A DNA stretch of 64,000 nt from Mustelus asterias. Its lineage: Eukaryota. The position numbers and the translations under genes were made by a program. Shown in pieces: positions 11,631 to 24,192 of the stretch (its first letter is position 1; every line of letters begins with the position of its first letter). Location: positions 4,216,001 to 4,280,000 of the forward strand of contig NC_135808.1 in the NCBI RefSeq assembly GCF_964213995.1. Direction: 5' to 3'. Under the pieces are notes generated by a model that was not told where the DNA came from, ran no database searches, and saw only the letters and a list, made by a program, of their open reading frames with translations.

Positions 11631-11739
11631 ACCCCCGGTGTTAATGACACTAATTCTTCCTGTTTTCACATTTATCCTCAATCATATTGATGCCCATATC
11701 GCTGAATCTTTCTGGAAGCCATCCTGGCGTGTGACTGAC

Positions 11740-12024
11740 CTGCAATCTGGATGTGGGCCTCTTGTGTCGCCTCCAGGTCTTTGTTGACAATGACACACGT
11801 GTACTCGTTCCTGGAGCGTTGGGGGACCTCGATGAAGCTCTGAACCGCCATCAGTCCCTCCGGGTCCACCTGGTACTGGGTCTGTGGCTGGGCTGTAACA
11901 TTCTCTCCCTGCCCGTTTACCCAGCGGACAGGCGGCTGCGGGAACCAGCGCTCTGATCTGCAGCCCAGTCTGACGCCATCTCTTGTGTAACCCTCCATCC
12001 CGATCCGGGGCTGCTGGCCTGTAC
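11740..12024 (-). CDS. BTN gene B IgC (B7-type) exon
   Basis: GTGQQPRIGMEGY...VRLGCRSERWFPQPPVRW...YTCVIVN...IQIA; 285 nt; tgttgcag| and |gtcagt. Confidence 0.93.
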
Positions 12025-14040
12025 CTGCAACAACACCGACATTAGGCAGGAGAGTAGGCCGCAAAGCCTGTGCTGGGTTACCTGTACTAACTCCCCCTGC
12101 TGGAGGGGGTTATCATGGTCAAAGGAGTTAGGGAAAGACCCCAGTCAGAGGTAGTGGGGGAGCGGGGGGAGTATGGGGCAGTCCAGGTGGGAACTACCCA
12201 AGATCAAATTAATCCCCGCCAACAGTACAGGCTCTTGGGCCTTTGAGGAGGCTCCAGAAATAAACCCTCATATTTCTTTGATGCACAGACAATAAAAGGC
12301 TAATATTTTACTTTAGGCACCTTTTAGAAATCTTCAAAAACACATTGAATTGACTACAAGCCTGATGTCCACCATTAAATGGTTCTCTGTTATTTCAAAG
12401 TTATATTTCGCGTGATTTGAAAGCGGGTTACTCACAGGAGCTGGACCCCACCCTCTGGCTGAAAGTTCTTATTCCTGGTGACAGACGTGTTCCTGGCTGG
12501 ACAGATCTGGTCAGTTATTTTACACTGGGTGATACGTGAGGGAGTGGGAGCAGGAACCAGCTCACAATCAGTTAATTCAGACACCAAGCGCAATTTTAGG
12601 ACAATTTATCGCGACTGGATTGACAGTATCGTTCCTGGCACAGGAAAACTCCATCCCGAGGTTTGTGAAAGGAGAGGTGGCAATCCCAGCGGGAAAACGG
12701 ATAAATCTCTGAATCCGATTGCCCCAAATTCCCGGGAATAGTTCAACTTGGCCGCTCGCTGATGAAGGAATTGGCATCGTCCTCAGCTGAGCGATACCGA
12801 GAGAGTTTAAAACACCACCGGGGAGAGGGGCAGGAAACTACTAGAAAGTTCCACCGGTCCCGTACATCACAAGAAGAGTAAAATAGAAACAGGAACTGGC
12901 CCTCCAGCCTCTCAAGCCTGTTCTACCAGTCACTGAGTTCATAACCAACCTATCTTCCTGCACTATCCACAACCTCCCTTAACCCGCGCCCATCTCGACC
13001 ACCCCCCCCTCTCAGTATTCCCACTCAAGATTCCATCCACCTCCTCCTTGAACATTCCCAACAACCGAGCATACACAGGTCCCTGAGGGGCGGAAATATT
13101 TGACCAAAAAAGGGAGTTCCGGAAAGGCTCATTCAGTCGAATGATCCAGGAATGAGGGGATTATCCGGCAAGGAAAAATTGAGTGGCTAGGCCCATGCTG
13201 CCTGGCTTTTGAGAGGATAAGAGGTGAGCCCATGCCAGATTCTGAAGGGGTTTGGCAGGGTGCCTACCATCCCCATCCACCCCGACCCACCCCGCCCCCC
13301 TGGGATTGAGGATCTGGAACACGAGGGAGGGGCCACAGTGTCAGGATGAGTTGGCCATTTTGAGGAGGCATTTCTTCATTCACAAGGGCTGTGAATCGCT
13401 GGAATTCTCTGTCCCAGAGGGATGGGGGTCACTACATTCAACTCAGAGCTCCATAGATTTTTGAATATGAAGGGAATTAGGAATGACCGGTGTTGCAAAG
13501 TTGAGTCGAGTAATTGTAGATTCAGAAGTTGAAAGTTAGAATTGATGTTTCTAAATTGTAAAATGCGAAGGGTGAAGGATTGCATGTTCCGTTAAAAGAT
13601 GGTCTTTTTCTGTGCTAAAAAAAATGCAAGTACACAGAGAACCCAAACTGGAACATTAATATCGAAAGGCCAAGCAGCAATGTTACCAAGACAACAGGCT
13701 TTTGAATTTAGCCAATCAATTTGAATCAGGCACTTAGATACCAAGAACCTACTAAATTTAAGTCTGATGGTTTTGACAACCTTGGACCCCTTCTGTGCCC
13801 ACTGGGCACCGCAGGGGCTGGAGTGTATTACTGACCCTTTTAGTCACATTTTAATTTGACATTTTAAGTTTCCTTTCTACTTTGTCTTTTGTTTTGAGCA
13901 GTTCCCTTCTTTAGGGGGGGCTGCTCCTTTTGATTTATCCCTCAGTTAATTTGATTTAGTTCAATCGTTTTGCCAAAAAGATTGACCACCTTGGACCAAT
14001 CCTATTGTGGGAAATATTGATATGTAATCAGGGGTATAAA

Positions 14041-14241
14041 NNNNNNNNNNNNNNNNNNNNNNNNNNNNNNNNNNNNNNNNNNNNNNNNNNNNNNNNNNNN
14101 NNNNNNNNNNNNNNNNNNNNNNNNNNNNNNNNNNNNNNNNNNNNNNNNNNNNNNNNNNNNNNNNNNNNNNNNNNNNNNNNNNNNNNNNNNNNNNNNNNNN
14201 NNNNNNNNNNNNNNNNNNNNNNNNNNNNNNNNNNNNNNNNN
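14041..14241. other. Assembly gap (N run)
   Basis: 201 N. Confidence 1.
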
Positions 14242-15017
14242 CTTTCATAGCTTTATTTATGTCTTAGATAGCCATTTCGATAGCAAAGGTAGAACATAGA
14301 ACATAGAACAGTACAGCACAGAACAGGCCCTTCGGTCCACGATGTTGTGCCGAGCTTTGAAACCAAGATCAAGCTATCCCATTCCCTACCAAAGAAGAAA
14401 GAAGTTCCAGACAAAAGAATCGATAGGGAAGGCCCAGAATATTCCGGAAGACGCCAAACCTGGTTGTAATTGTGAGAGTGACTACATTCTATTTTGTTAA
14501 TGAGTGGGAATTGTATTTATCTCAACAGTATTCCATTAGAATCTTCTTTTATTTGCTTTGTTAATAGTTTAGTTAGTGTGTTCACTGTCAGTTAGATAAG
14601 TAAATTGTTACGTGTTGATTTTAGAGCGAGTGTCAGGGATTTATCTTGTATTTAACCATGAGGAGTTGTTGAAGGGCAGATCACACCACTTCACACAGTT
14701 TTTACAGATGATGGGGTGAGCTGCTCCTCTCTGGGTGATTCTATGTCAGTTCTCAGAAAGGAGAGATCCACCTTCGCTTTATAAAACCAGGAACAAGTGA
14801 AGTTGCTATCCGAGATCAGCCATGATTTCACTGAATGGCGGGTGAGCCTGATGGGCTGAATGGCCTGCCTACTCATGCCTCAATTCCCTGTCTTCTTACG
14901 TGGAGAATTCCAAAAATTCATTTAAGTGAAGACGTTTCGCCCCATCTCTGTCCTAAACCCCTCAGCCTGAGACCACGCCCCACCTCCTCAGCCCATGTTT
15001 TCAAAATGGCCACTGAC

Positions 15018-15377
15018 CTGCCACGTTGAGGATTACTTTGACCTCATCGTGTTTGTTGGCAAATGCGACGAAGCACTTGTATACGTCCTTGTCGGCGACA
15101 CGGGCATTTCTGAGTTTGAGGGAGAGATTCCCCTGTCCGATCTGGTTGAGGAACAGTTCAGTGCGGCCTCGGTACTCCAAGGGTTGATGCGTCAGATCCT
15201 CCATCCCGTCCTTGTACATGTGTATGGGTGAGGAGTAGCCAAATTTGCTGATCCAGCGGATTTCCATCTTGTCCAAATCTTTGGCTGGTACCAGCTGGCA
15301 GTCCAGGACCACGTCCCTGCCGACCGCTACCACAACTGGCTCGGGAGGTGCCGTCACCACAAAATCCGCCGCCGTAT
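15018..15377 (-). CDS. BTN gene B IgV exon
   Basis: DTAADFVVTAPPEPVVVAVGRDVVLDCQL...MEIRW...QPLEYRGRTELF...GNLSLKLRNARVADKDVYKCFV; 360 nt, phase 1-1. Confidence 0.95.
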
Positions 15378-15442
15378 CTATAACAACCAACCGACAGAGA
15401 GAGAGAGAATCAGATCCATCGCTCAGATTGTTACATCTACAC

Positions 15443-15738
15443 AGTGGCACAGTGGTTCGCACTGTCTTCGATTCCTGCCTTGAGTCACTGTCTGTGAGGA
15501 GTTTGCACATTTCCCTGTATCTGCGTGGGTTTCCACCGGGTGCTCCAGTTTCCACCCACACTCCAAAGATGTGCTGGGTTAGGTGGATTGGCCGTGCTAA
15601 ATTGCCCCTTAGAGTCAGGGAGACGAGCTAGGGTAAATATGTGGGGTAACGGGGATAGGGTCTGGGTGGGATTGTTGTCAGTGCAGACTCGATGGGCCAA
15701 ATGGCCTCCTTCTGCACTGTAGGGATTCTTTGATTCTA
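15443..15738 (+). mobile_element. HE1/V-type tRNA-derived SINE
   Basis: gtggcacagtggtt head, V-domain (gggtttcc.ccgggtgctcc.gtttcc) and CR1-like tail. Confidence 0.8.
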
Positions 15739-16384
15739 TAGCATCCGAGAGAGAGGAGACCGAGGGAGGGAAGGTGGGCGAGAGAGGGAGGGAAGGTGGG
15801 CGAGAGAGAGAGGGAGGGAAGGTGGGCGAGAGAGAGAGAGGGAGGGAAGGTGGGGGTGGGGGAGAAAGTGAGAGAGGCCAATATTCCATTTGTCTTCCCT
15901 AACACTGGCTGAACTTGATGCCAGCTTTTTGTGGTTTATGCACAAGGATCCCAAATCCCTCTGTGCTGCAGCTTTCTGCAGTCTTTCTCTATTTAAATAA
16001 TATCCAGCTCCTTTATTCTTCCCACCAAGGTGCATAACTCCACATTTCCAATATTATGTTTCATCTGCCAAGATTTTGCCCACTCACTTAACCTGTTTAT
16101 ATCCCTCTGTAGACTCTCTGGCCGGAATTCTACCATCCCACCTGCCACGGGAATCGGATCGGGCGAGGGACAAACAATGGGAAGATCCGATGAACTCGGG
16201 ATTTTACGTTTTTTAAAAAAGTTTATTTATTAGTCACAAGTAAGGCTTACATTAACATGGCAATGAAGTTACTGTGAAATTCGCCTAGTCGCCACACTCG
16301 GGCGCCTGTTCGGGTCAATGCACCTAACCAGCACGTCTTTCTGAATGTGGGAAGAAACCAGAGCACCCGGAGGAAACCCACGCA

Positions 16385-16745
16385 GACATGGGTTCATGTC
16401 ACACTATTTGTAATCCCCACGACTTGCCTGGGCTTGCAAAATCTCACTAACTGTCCTGGCTTGAGACAATACACATCTCTTTAACCTGTGCTTAACGCTC
16501 TCTCCACTCACATTGTTTGTACCTGTAAAGACTTGATTACCTATAAAGAGTCGCATTCCAATCATTATCATGCAATTGAGTTTGTGTCTATGTATGCCCT
16601 GTTTGTGAAACAAATCCTGCACTCACCTGATGAAGGAGCTGTGCTCCGAAAGCTCGTGCTACCAAATAACCCTGTTGGACTTTAACCTGGTGTTGTGAAC
16701 TTTTACTGTGCCCACCCCAGTCCAACGCCGGCATCTCCACTCCAT
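16385..16745 (+). mobile_element. Penelope-like element 3' end/pLTR
   Basis: ...GFMSHYL* remnant, pLTR with hammerhead and ccccagtccaacgccggcatctccac tail. Confidence 0.75.
16624..16658 (+). ncRNA. Minimal hammerhead ribozyme
   Basis: CAC-CTGATGA-A-GGAGC(tgt)GCTCC-GAAA-GC-TC-GTG. Confidence 0.75.
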
Positions 16746-17189
16746 TGTATCCTTTACAATGGGCTCTAACGTTTCCACAATGACAGACGTTAAGCTAACT
16801 GGCCAATAGTTACTTGTTTTTCCTCTCACTCTATTTTTGAATAAAAGTGTTACATTGGCAGCTTTCCAATCCTTTGGGACTTTTCCAGAATTTAAGGATT
16901 ACTGGAAGATTACAACCGGTGCATCCACTATCTCTGAAGCTACTTCCTTTAATATCCCAGAATGCAATCCATCAGCTCCAGGGGACTTAACGGCCTTTAG
17001 TCGCATTCGTTTCCTTGGTACCTTTATCTCCAGTGATTCTTATTGATTTATTTCCTCCCCCGACCCTTCTGCCCCTTGATTATTTAGCAGTTCAGAGATG
17101 GACAAGCTACCAATCCATCCCACCAGGCAAAAGATCAAATGCAAAATAAGTTATTATTTGTCACGAAATGTACAAGGCTTCATTCTTAC

Positions 17190-17265
17190 CGTGAAAGATC
17201 CAAACAAGAATCTGAAGCAGGAGAAATATTTTGGAAATCCGGATATCCAGCAGGATACGATGCAT
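17190..17265 (-). CDS. BTN gene B signal-peptide exon (MHRILLDIRISKIFLLLQILVWIFH)
   Basis: acaATG, hydrophobic leader, phase-1 donor G|gtaaga in frame with the IgV exon; exon begins at 17274 after an AG. Confidence 0.8.
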
Positions 17266-17397
17266 TGTTGTTACCTGAAATATCCCCAGATATTTGACAT
17301 CAGTAAAGTACAGACACTCGCACACATTCTCTCACAGGGGTGAGTGAGATTATACATCCTAAAATATCCCAGATATTTGACATCAAGAACACACTAG

Positions 17398-17695
17398 CGT
17401 GGCACAGTGGTTAGCATTGCTACCTCACAGCGCCAGGGACCCGGGTTCGATTCCCGGCTTGGGTCACTGTCTGTGTGGAGATTGCACATTCTCCCCCCGT
17501 CTGCGTGGGTTTCCTCCGGGTGCTCCGGTTGCCTCCCACAGTCCAAAAGACATGCTGGTTAGGTATATTGGCCATGCTAAATTCTCCCTCCCTATAACCG
17601 AACAGGCGCTGGAGTGTGGCGACTAGGGGATTTTCACAGTAACTTTGTTGCGGTGTTAATGTAAGCCTACTTGTGACACTAATAAATAAACTTTA
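17398..17695 (+). mobile_element. V-type SINE with an alternative 3' tail (partial copies at 16220-16390 and 29745-29885, -)
   Basis: tRNA-like A/B boxes, V-domain, tail ...gtaagcctacttgtgacactaataaataaac. Confidence 0.75.
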
Positions 17696-17943
17696 AAGAC
17701 ACAGACAGACACACAGACAGACACGAGTGGAAGTGGTAAAAGCTGTAGCAATCGCTGGAGAAACGGAATGGAAGGAGTGAGGATTAGTCGTGTAAAACTG
17801 AGGGCAGTACGAGACCAAAGTAGCACAGGAACAGAGAATTTATCCAACTTTCTTCATTTAGCCCGATCACTGTTCCTTAACCCCCTTACATGTTTATTTA
17901 GCTTCCCCCTTAATGTTCTCTGTACAATGCACCACAGCCACGC

Positions 17944-18778
17944 TCATAGTCATAGAGGTTTACAGCATGGAAAGAGGCCCTTCAGCCCAACTTGTCCATG
18001 CTGCCCAGTTTTTACCACGAAGCTAGTCCCAATTGCCTGCATTTGGCCCATATCCGTCTATACCCATCCTACCCATGCAGCTGTCTAAATGTTTTACAAA
18101 AGACAAAATAGTACAACTGTAGTACAATCTACAACTGCCTCTGGCAGCTCGTTCCAGACACTCACCACCCTCTGAGTGAAAAAATTGCCCCTCTGGACCC
18201 TTTTGTATCTCCCCCCCCCCCCCCCCCACCTTAAACCTATGCCCTCTAGTTTTACACTCCCCTATCTTTGGGAAAAGATGTCGACTATCTACCTCATCAA
18301 TGCGGCTCATTATTTTATAGACCTCTATAAGATCACCCCTCAGCCTCCTACACTCCAGAGAAAAAAGTCCCAGTCTATCCAGCCTCTCTTTATAACTCAA
18401 GCCAGTAGCATCCGAGTAAATCTTTCCTGCACTCTTTCTAGTTTAATAATATCCTTTCTATAATAGGGTAACCAGAATTGCGCACGGTATTCCAAGTGTG
18501 GCCGTACCAATGCCTTGTACAACTTCAACAAGACGTCCCAACTCCTGTAGTCAATGTTCTGACCAATGAAACCAAGCATGCTGAATGCCTTCTTCACCAC
18601 TTTGTCCACCTGTGACTCCACTTTCAAGGAGCTATGAACCTGTAGTCCGAGATCTCATTATTCTGTAACTCTCCCCAGTGTCCTGCCATTAACTGATTAA
18701 GTCCTGCCCTGGTTCAATCTACCAAAATGCATCACCTCACCTTTATCTAAATTAAACTCCATCTGTCATTCATCGGCC
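17944..18778 (-). mobile_element. CR1 LINE 3' fragment
   Basis: Decayed ORF2 C-terminus (LYKALVRPHLEY, RRLRGDLIEVYKI). Confidence 0.9.
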
Positions 18779-20227
18779 CTCTTGTGTCAGTGAGTTCCAC
18801 ATTCTCACCTGTATTTCAGATTGGATTTATTCGTGGCTGGATTGGATTTATGACACCTCGGGGGGGTCTGGAGAATTCCGGCCTTGCCTTTATATAGCAT
18901 CTTTCACACCATGCCAAACCGTCTTTAACCAATGTTGTAATGTTTAAACATGGCAGCCAATGCACACACACCAAACTCCCACCGTCAGCAGTGTGATCAT
19001 GAGCAGGTAATCTATTCTTTGGGAGTTTGATTGGGGGCTGAATGTTGGCCAGGACACCAGCACCTAACTCCCCTTCCTTTGAAAAAGTGGCTATGTCATC
19101 GTTTATATCCACACCCCAAGAGGAAAGTTGGGCCTGGTTTAAATGCCTCAACTGAAAAACAGCATCTTTGACAGTGCACACTCCCTCAGTTCATTTATGG
19201 GATGTGGGTGTCACTGGCTAGGTTAGCATTTATTACCCATCCCTAATTTCCCCTTGAGAAGGTGGTGGTGAGCTGCCTTCTTGAACCCGCTGCAGTCTCT
19301 GAGGTGTAGGTCCACTCACAGTGCTGTTAGGAAGGGAGTTCCAGGATTTTGACACAGTGCCAGTGAAGGAATAGCAATAAATTTCCAAGTCAGGATGGTG
19401 AATGACTTGAGCTCTGATAAAGAGTCATCTTGACCTGAAACGTTGGCTCTATTCTCTCTCCCACAGTTGCTGTCAGACCTGCTGAGATTTTCCAGCATTT
19501 TCTATTTTTGTCTCCGATTCCAGCATCCACAGTAATTTGCCTTTATCTACGGTGAGTGGCTTGCAAGGGAATGTCCAAGTGGTGGTGTTCCCAGGTATCT
19601 GCTGCTCGTGTCCTTCTAGATGGTAGTGGTCATGGGTTTAGAAGGTGCTGCCTAATGAACCTTGGTGAGTTCCTGCAGTGCATCTTGTAGATGGTACACA
19701 CGGCTGTCAGCTTGTGTCGGTGGTGGAGGGAGTGAATGTTTGTGGGTTAGCAATCAAGCTGGGCTGCTTTGTCCTGGATGGTGTCGAGCTTCTTGAGTGT
19801 TGTTGGAGCTGCACCCATCCAGGCAAGTGGGGGGTATTCTATCACACTCCCGACTTGTGCCTTGTAGGTGGTGGACAGGCTTTGAGGAGTCAGGAGGTGA
19901 GTTACTCACCACAGTGTTCCTAGCCTTTGACCTGCTCTGGTAGCCACAGTAGTTATATGGCTAGTCCAGTTCAGCTTCTGCTCAGTGAGATGTTCAGTCT
20001 AGATTTTTTTGTGTTGGAGTGGGACTTGAATCCACAATTTTCTGAGGTAGCAGCCACCACTTCGCTTTTCCTCAGCTGTTCAATATTCCTGATAACTTGC
20101 CCTTCTCACAACCTCAGAAGATCTCAGAGGCAGTAGCAGTTTTTTTTTTAAAGGAAAAGTCTGGGAAAGACTGGGAGAATATCCCACATTGGGGGCGGGG
20201 AAAGGTCAGTCTGGTCCTATGGGAAAT

Positions 20228-20950
20228 CATAGAGCTTCACGGCACAAAAAAGGCCCTTCAGCCCATCGTGTCTGTGCCAGCTGTCAGGGACTTATCTATT
20301 CTAATCCCACTTTCCAGTATTTAGTCTGTAGCCGTGTCTGCCACTGCATTACAAGTGCTCACCTAAACGCTTTTTAAATGTTGTGAGGGTTCCCACCTCA
20401 CCCACGCTTTCAGGCAGGGAGTTCTGGATTCCTCTGGGTGAACAGGTTTTTCCTCAAATCCCCTCTAAATCTCCAGCTCCTGACCTTGAATCTATGCCCC
20501 TGGTTATTAATTTGATTTATTATTGTCACATGTATTGGGATAGTGAAAAGTGTTGTTTTTTTGTGCGCTATACAAAGCATACTGTTCATAGAGAAGGAAA
20601 GGAGAGAGTGCAGAATGTAGTACAAAGAACAATACAGTACAGGAACAGGCCCATCAGCCCTCCAAGCCCGCGCCGCTCCCTGGTCCAAACTAGACCATTC
20701 TTTTGTATCCCTCCATTCCCACTCCGTTCATATGGCTATCTAGATAAGTCTTAAACGTTCCCAGTGTGTCCACCTCCACCACCTTGCCCGGCAGCGCATT
20801 CCAGGCCCCCACCACCCTCTGTGTAAAATACATCCTTCTGATATCCGTGTTAAACCTCCCCCCATAGCAAGGGTGTGGAGAAAGATCAACTTAATGCAAG
20901 GTAGGATCGTTCGAAAGCCTGACAGCAGCAGGGAGGAAGCTGTTCTTGAG
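20228..20950 (-). mobile_element. Nested LINE 3' fragments (old CR1 end, then a Rex1-like end split by a younger CR1 end at about 20630-20860)
   Basis: The Rex1-like tail matches 41630-41830 in reverse; the CR1 tail lies inside it. Confidence 0.6.
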
Positions 20951-21324
20951 TAAGCTCCTTCCTATTTACCCCTATGTCCCGATCAGGTCCCTCCTACCCC
21001 CTCACTGCTACCCCAGAACTTCTCACCAGACTCTCCTCTCGGGAAGAGTGGGATATGAGAGAGATCCCTTGCCAAAACCTTCAGCAAAAGACTCAGGAGC
21101 TCTGGACTCTCATCCCAGCGATCCAACCCCTCCCTAATCTCGCCGCCGAGGCCTGTGTGTTGCTTTCACCAGTCTGTCTGTGTGGGATTTGAATGGCCTG
21201 CCTGAGTCTGTACAGCAGCCGCTCTCTCTGTACAGCAGCCGCTCTCTCTGTACAGCAGCCGCTCTCTCTGCACTGACTCAGTTCCACTGAAATTGACAGC
21301 AGCAGAAATTAACAAGAAACTCAC

Positions 21325-21475
21325 CGACTGAAATGTATAAACCGACAAGAGCGGCCCCCCCCAGCTTCGACTCGGCAGGAGCAGGGCGGGTGGATCAAGA
21401 AATCTTTCAGTTTCAATTTGATGTCACCTCCGCTTTTTCTTCCGATTGAAATCTACAGAGGGCGGTCCAATTCAC
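21325..21475 (-). promoter_or_regulatory. Putative non-coding first exon and promoter of BTN gene B, with ISRE core
   Basis: Perfect donor CG|GTGAGT after 21325, GC box 21384-21390, GAAACTGAAA (minus) at 21405-21414, CRE-like TGATGTCA and CCAAT-type motifs in unique CpG-containing sequence. Confidence 0.5.
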
Positions 21476-21829
21476 AAACTCCGGAACTGACAAGGGTTTT
21501 ACCCCAGCTATCCTCAAAGCCCCCTCTCTGCAATATTACATTGTCTAATAGTTTGTCTCAGTTCCTGCCCATTCCCCCCCCACAACACAATTCAGATTTA
21601 AACTTCCCTGATGTTCACCAACATTTATCAGCGTGTAGGGAAGTCATTCGGCCCATCATGTCGGTGCTAACCAAGGAACACCTGTACAGTTTCATCCCCA
21701 CTTTCTTCATCCAGGTCCCTGTAGCTTGGCATGTTTCAGTTATCTGAAGTATGTTTGTTTTTATTAATGAAAAGAGGGTTTCTGTCTCTACCACCCCTTC
21801 AGGCAAAGTCCCAGACTCCCCCACCCCCC

Positions 21830-22440
21830 CCCCCCCCGTCCCATTCCCTCCCCCCCATCCCATTCCCCCCACCGCTCGTCCCATTCCCCCCACCCCCCGC
21901 CCGTCCCATTCCCCCCACCCCCCGCCCGTCCCATTCCCCCCCAGCCCCCGCCCGTCCCATTCCCCCCACCCCCCGCCCGTCCCATTCCCCCCACCCCCCG
22001 CCCGTCCCATTCCCCCCACCCCCCGCCCGTCCCATTCCCCCCACCCCCCGCCCGTCCCATTCCCCCCCACCCCCCGCCCGTCCCATTCCCCCCACCCCCC
22101 GCCCGTCCCATTCCCCCCACCCCCCGCCCGTCCCATTCCCCCCACCCCCCGCCCGTCCCATTCCCCCCGCCCGTCCCATTCCCCCCCACCCCCCGCCCGT
22201 CCCATTCCCCCCCACCCCCCGCCCGTCCCATTCCCCCCACCCCCCGCCCGTCCCATTCCCCCCGCCTGTCCCATTCCCCCCCACCCCCCGCCCGTCCCAT
22301 TCCCCCCCACCCCCCGCCCGTCCCATTCCCCCCCACCCCCCGCCCGTCCCATTCCCCCCCACCCCCCGCCCGTCCCATTCCCCCCACCCCCGCCCGTCCC
22401 ATTCCCCCCACCCCCCGCCCGTCCCATTCCCCCCACCCCC
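21830..22440. repeat. About 24-bp C-rich minisatellite (cccccgcccgtcccattccccccac), G4-prone on the minus strand
   Basis: Tandem units with four G-runs per unit on the minus strand. Confidence 0.95.
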
Positions 22441-22528
22441 CAACCCTTCTCAACTGAGGGAGGAATTCCCACCTGCCTCGGGAATCGTAGCAGGCGGGAC
22501 GCGCTCCATGCAAAGGTCTGTTGACCTT

Positions 22529-22982
22529 GGGCTGGATTCTCTGACCTTGGGGCGAATGTGGCCAGAAAATCGCACCCTAAATATTTCATGGCCCCCGACA
22601 CAGAGGGGTTGGAAAATGTAGTGAGCCATTCAGAAGACCTCGGCGGGAGTGGAAAGTCTTGCCAGTAAATTCCACTCTCTGGCCAAAATCTTCCATCCTT
22701 GTCCGCAGTTGGGATTTGCCAGTGCCGGTTTAGGCTGAATGGAATGGAACGCCAAATTTTCCGTTCTCGCACACAACAGCTCCCGCTATGGACGAGCCTG
22801 GAGAATCCTCTGGGTGTAAAATTTTGCATGAAATCCGCTCCACCTGCTAATGAAATCTCCGGTCTCATTCACCTCGCTGCTGCTGCAGGCGAGAATGGAG
22901 AATTTGGCACTTAGCGATATCTCCACTCACAGCAGCGGGACTGGAGAATCCCAGCTGCAGGCGAGGTCAGAGGATCCAGCCC
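22529..22982. mobile_element. MITE-like element with terminal inverted repeats (similar element at 23007-23222)
   Basis: gggctggattctctgacc ... ggtcagaggatccagccc (1 mismatch). Confidence 0.5.
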
Positions 22983-23733
22983 AAGATCTTACTACACTCT
23001 TGCTATGGCCAGGATTTTCCAGCCCCGGTTCCTGCGGTGGGTTTTCCAGTGACAGAGGCAACTTGCCATTGGCCACTGGCGGGATCTTCCAGTCCCAACG
23101 AAGTTAGTGGCCATTTGTGTTGCTCGCTGTCCGTGTCGCCGGGGAACCCACCGCCGCTCGGAAAGTAATCTTCGATGGGACTGGAAAATCCCACCAGCGG
23201 GAAGGGCAGGAAAATCCCAGCTCGATTCAACATCTTCTCAACCACCTTGTTTCAAATAACCCGACCCAATCCAATCGCTCCTCACAGCCACAATTCTCCT
23301 GTAAATCTCCTGTGAACCCTCCCTGTGTGATCACATCACCATTCCAAGAGGAAAAACTTTGGTAACTCATTCTCCTCCTGCCACCTTTGATGTTTATTTC
23401 CGCATGTGTCCCTGGGAACTGCCCGTACAGCACAACGCGCTGTGTTACAGAACTGCTCAGGATAAACTTCGATTTTAAAAAAGCCACATCTATTTGCAGA
23501 AATGCTTTGCAAAGACACAGTCCAGAAGGAGGTGGGGCAACAGTCTCTAACCCCAGCTGCAGAGGGGGTTAAGACTCCAAACACGCAGGAGGGATCTGAT
23601 GGGAAGGGCCTTTCTCACCAGTAACCAAGCTATGTCTTTGCTCTTGTTTGAAAGTTACGCCTTCATCACCACTTTATCGACCTGTCAGCTACCTTCAGAG
23701 ATCCATGGACATGAAAATCATGTTCCTATTCAC

Positions 23734-24192
23734 CAGTGATGGGCAACCTGGGCTGCATGAGTGGTCCTCTGTTGTCTCAGTGGGCTACTAGATTGAAATG
23801 GGGCTTGTTCACGAACCATGACCCCATGAATAAGATTAAATACATTTAATACACGCTGAATATTTCACAACGAGTTAGAGAAGATGTTTAATTATTTTTA
23901 CATTAATAGAACTATCAGCAACTTCAAAATAGTAAAAAGAAAATAAATATTGACACGTTGAACACAGGGAATGGCTCTCACAGTAACATGTGCAAACAGC
24001 ACCTCACTTCTCTTGACCTTGCTTTACCAATGTATCACTTCAGTAATTCCGTACGGAAAAACAACGCAGACAGAAATCAGTGGAATGTGACAACCCTGCA
24101 CTTGGGTAACCGTCAACAGATTGTCTTGTGAACCGCACTTGGAACCCAAATGGGCCGAATGTGGCCCCCAGGCCGCCGGTTCTCCACCACTG
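23734..24192. mobile_element. Possible decayed hAT-type non-autonomous DNA transposon
   Basis: cagtgatgggcaacct ... cggttctccaccactg imperfect TIRs with an AT-rich interior; TSD not clear. Confidence 0.4.

Larger units (their letters stand above)
3954..17265 (-). other. Butyrophilin-like gene B (3'-partial; remaining exons presumably left of the window)
   Basis: Seven in-frame GT-AG phase-1 coding exons: 17265-17190, 15377-15018, 12024-11740, 8120-8001, 7741-7715, 7289-7263, 3980-3954. Confidence 0.9.

Noticed and set aside
8151-11690. Pro-rich or Gly/Ser-rich mucin-like ORFs, and a CRISPR-like look from palindromic 30-bp repeats
   Set aside because: Head-to-tail units with no unique spacers and no cas genes in vertebrate DNA; the ORFs merely follow the repeat period.
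21615-22868. Extensin-like or Gly-rich ORFs
   Set aside because: Low-complexity C-rich minisatellite translation.
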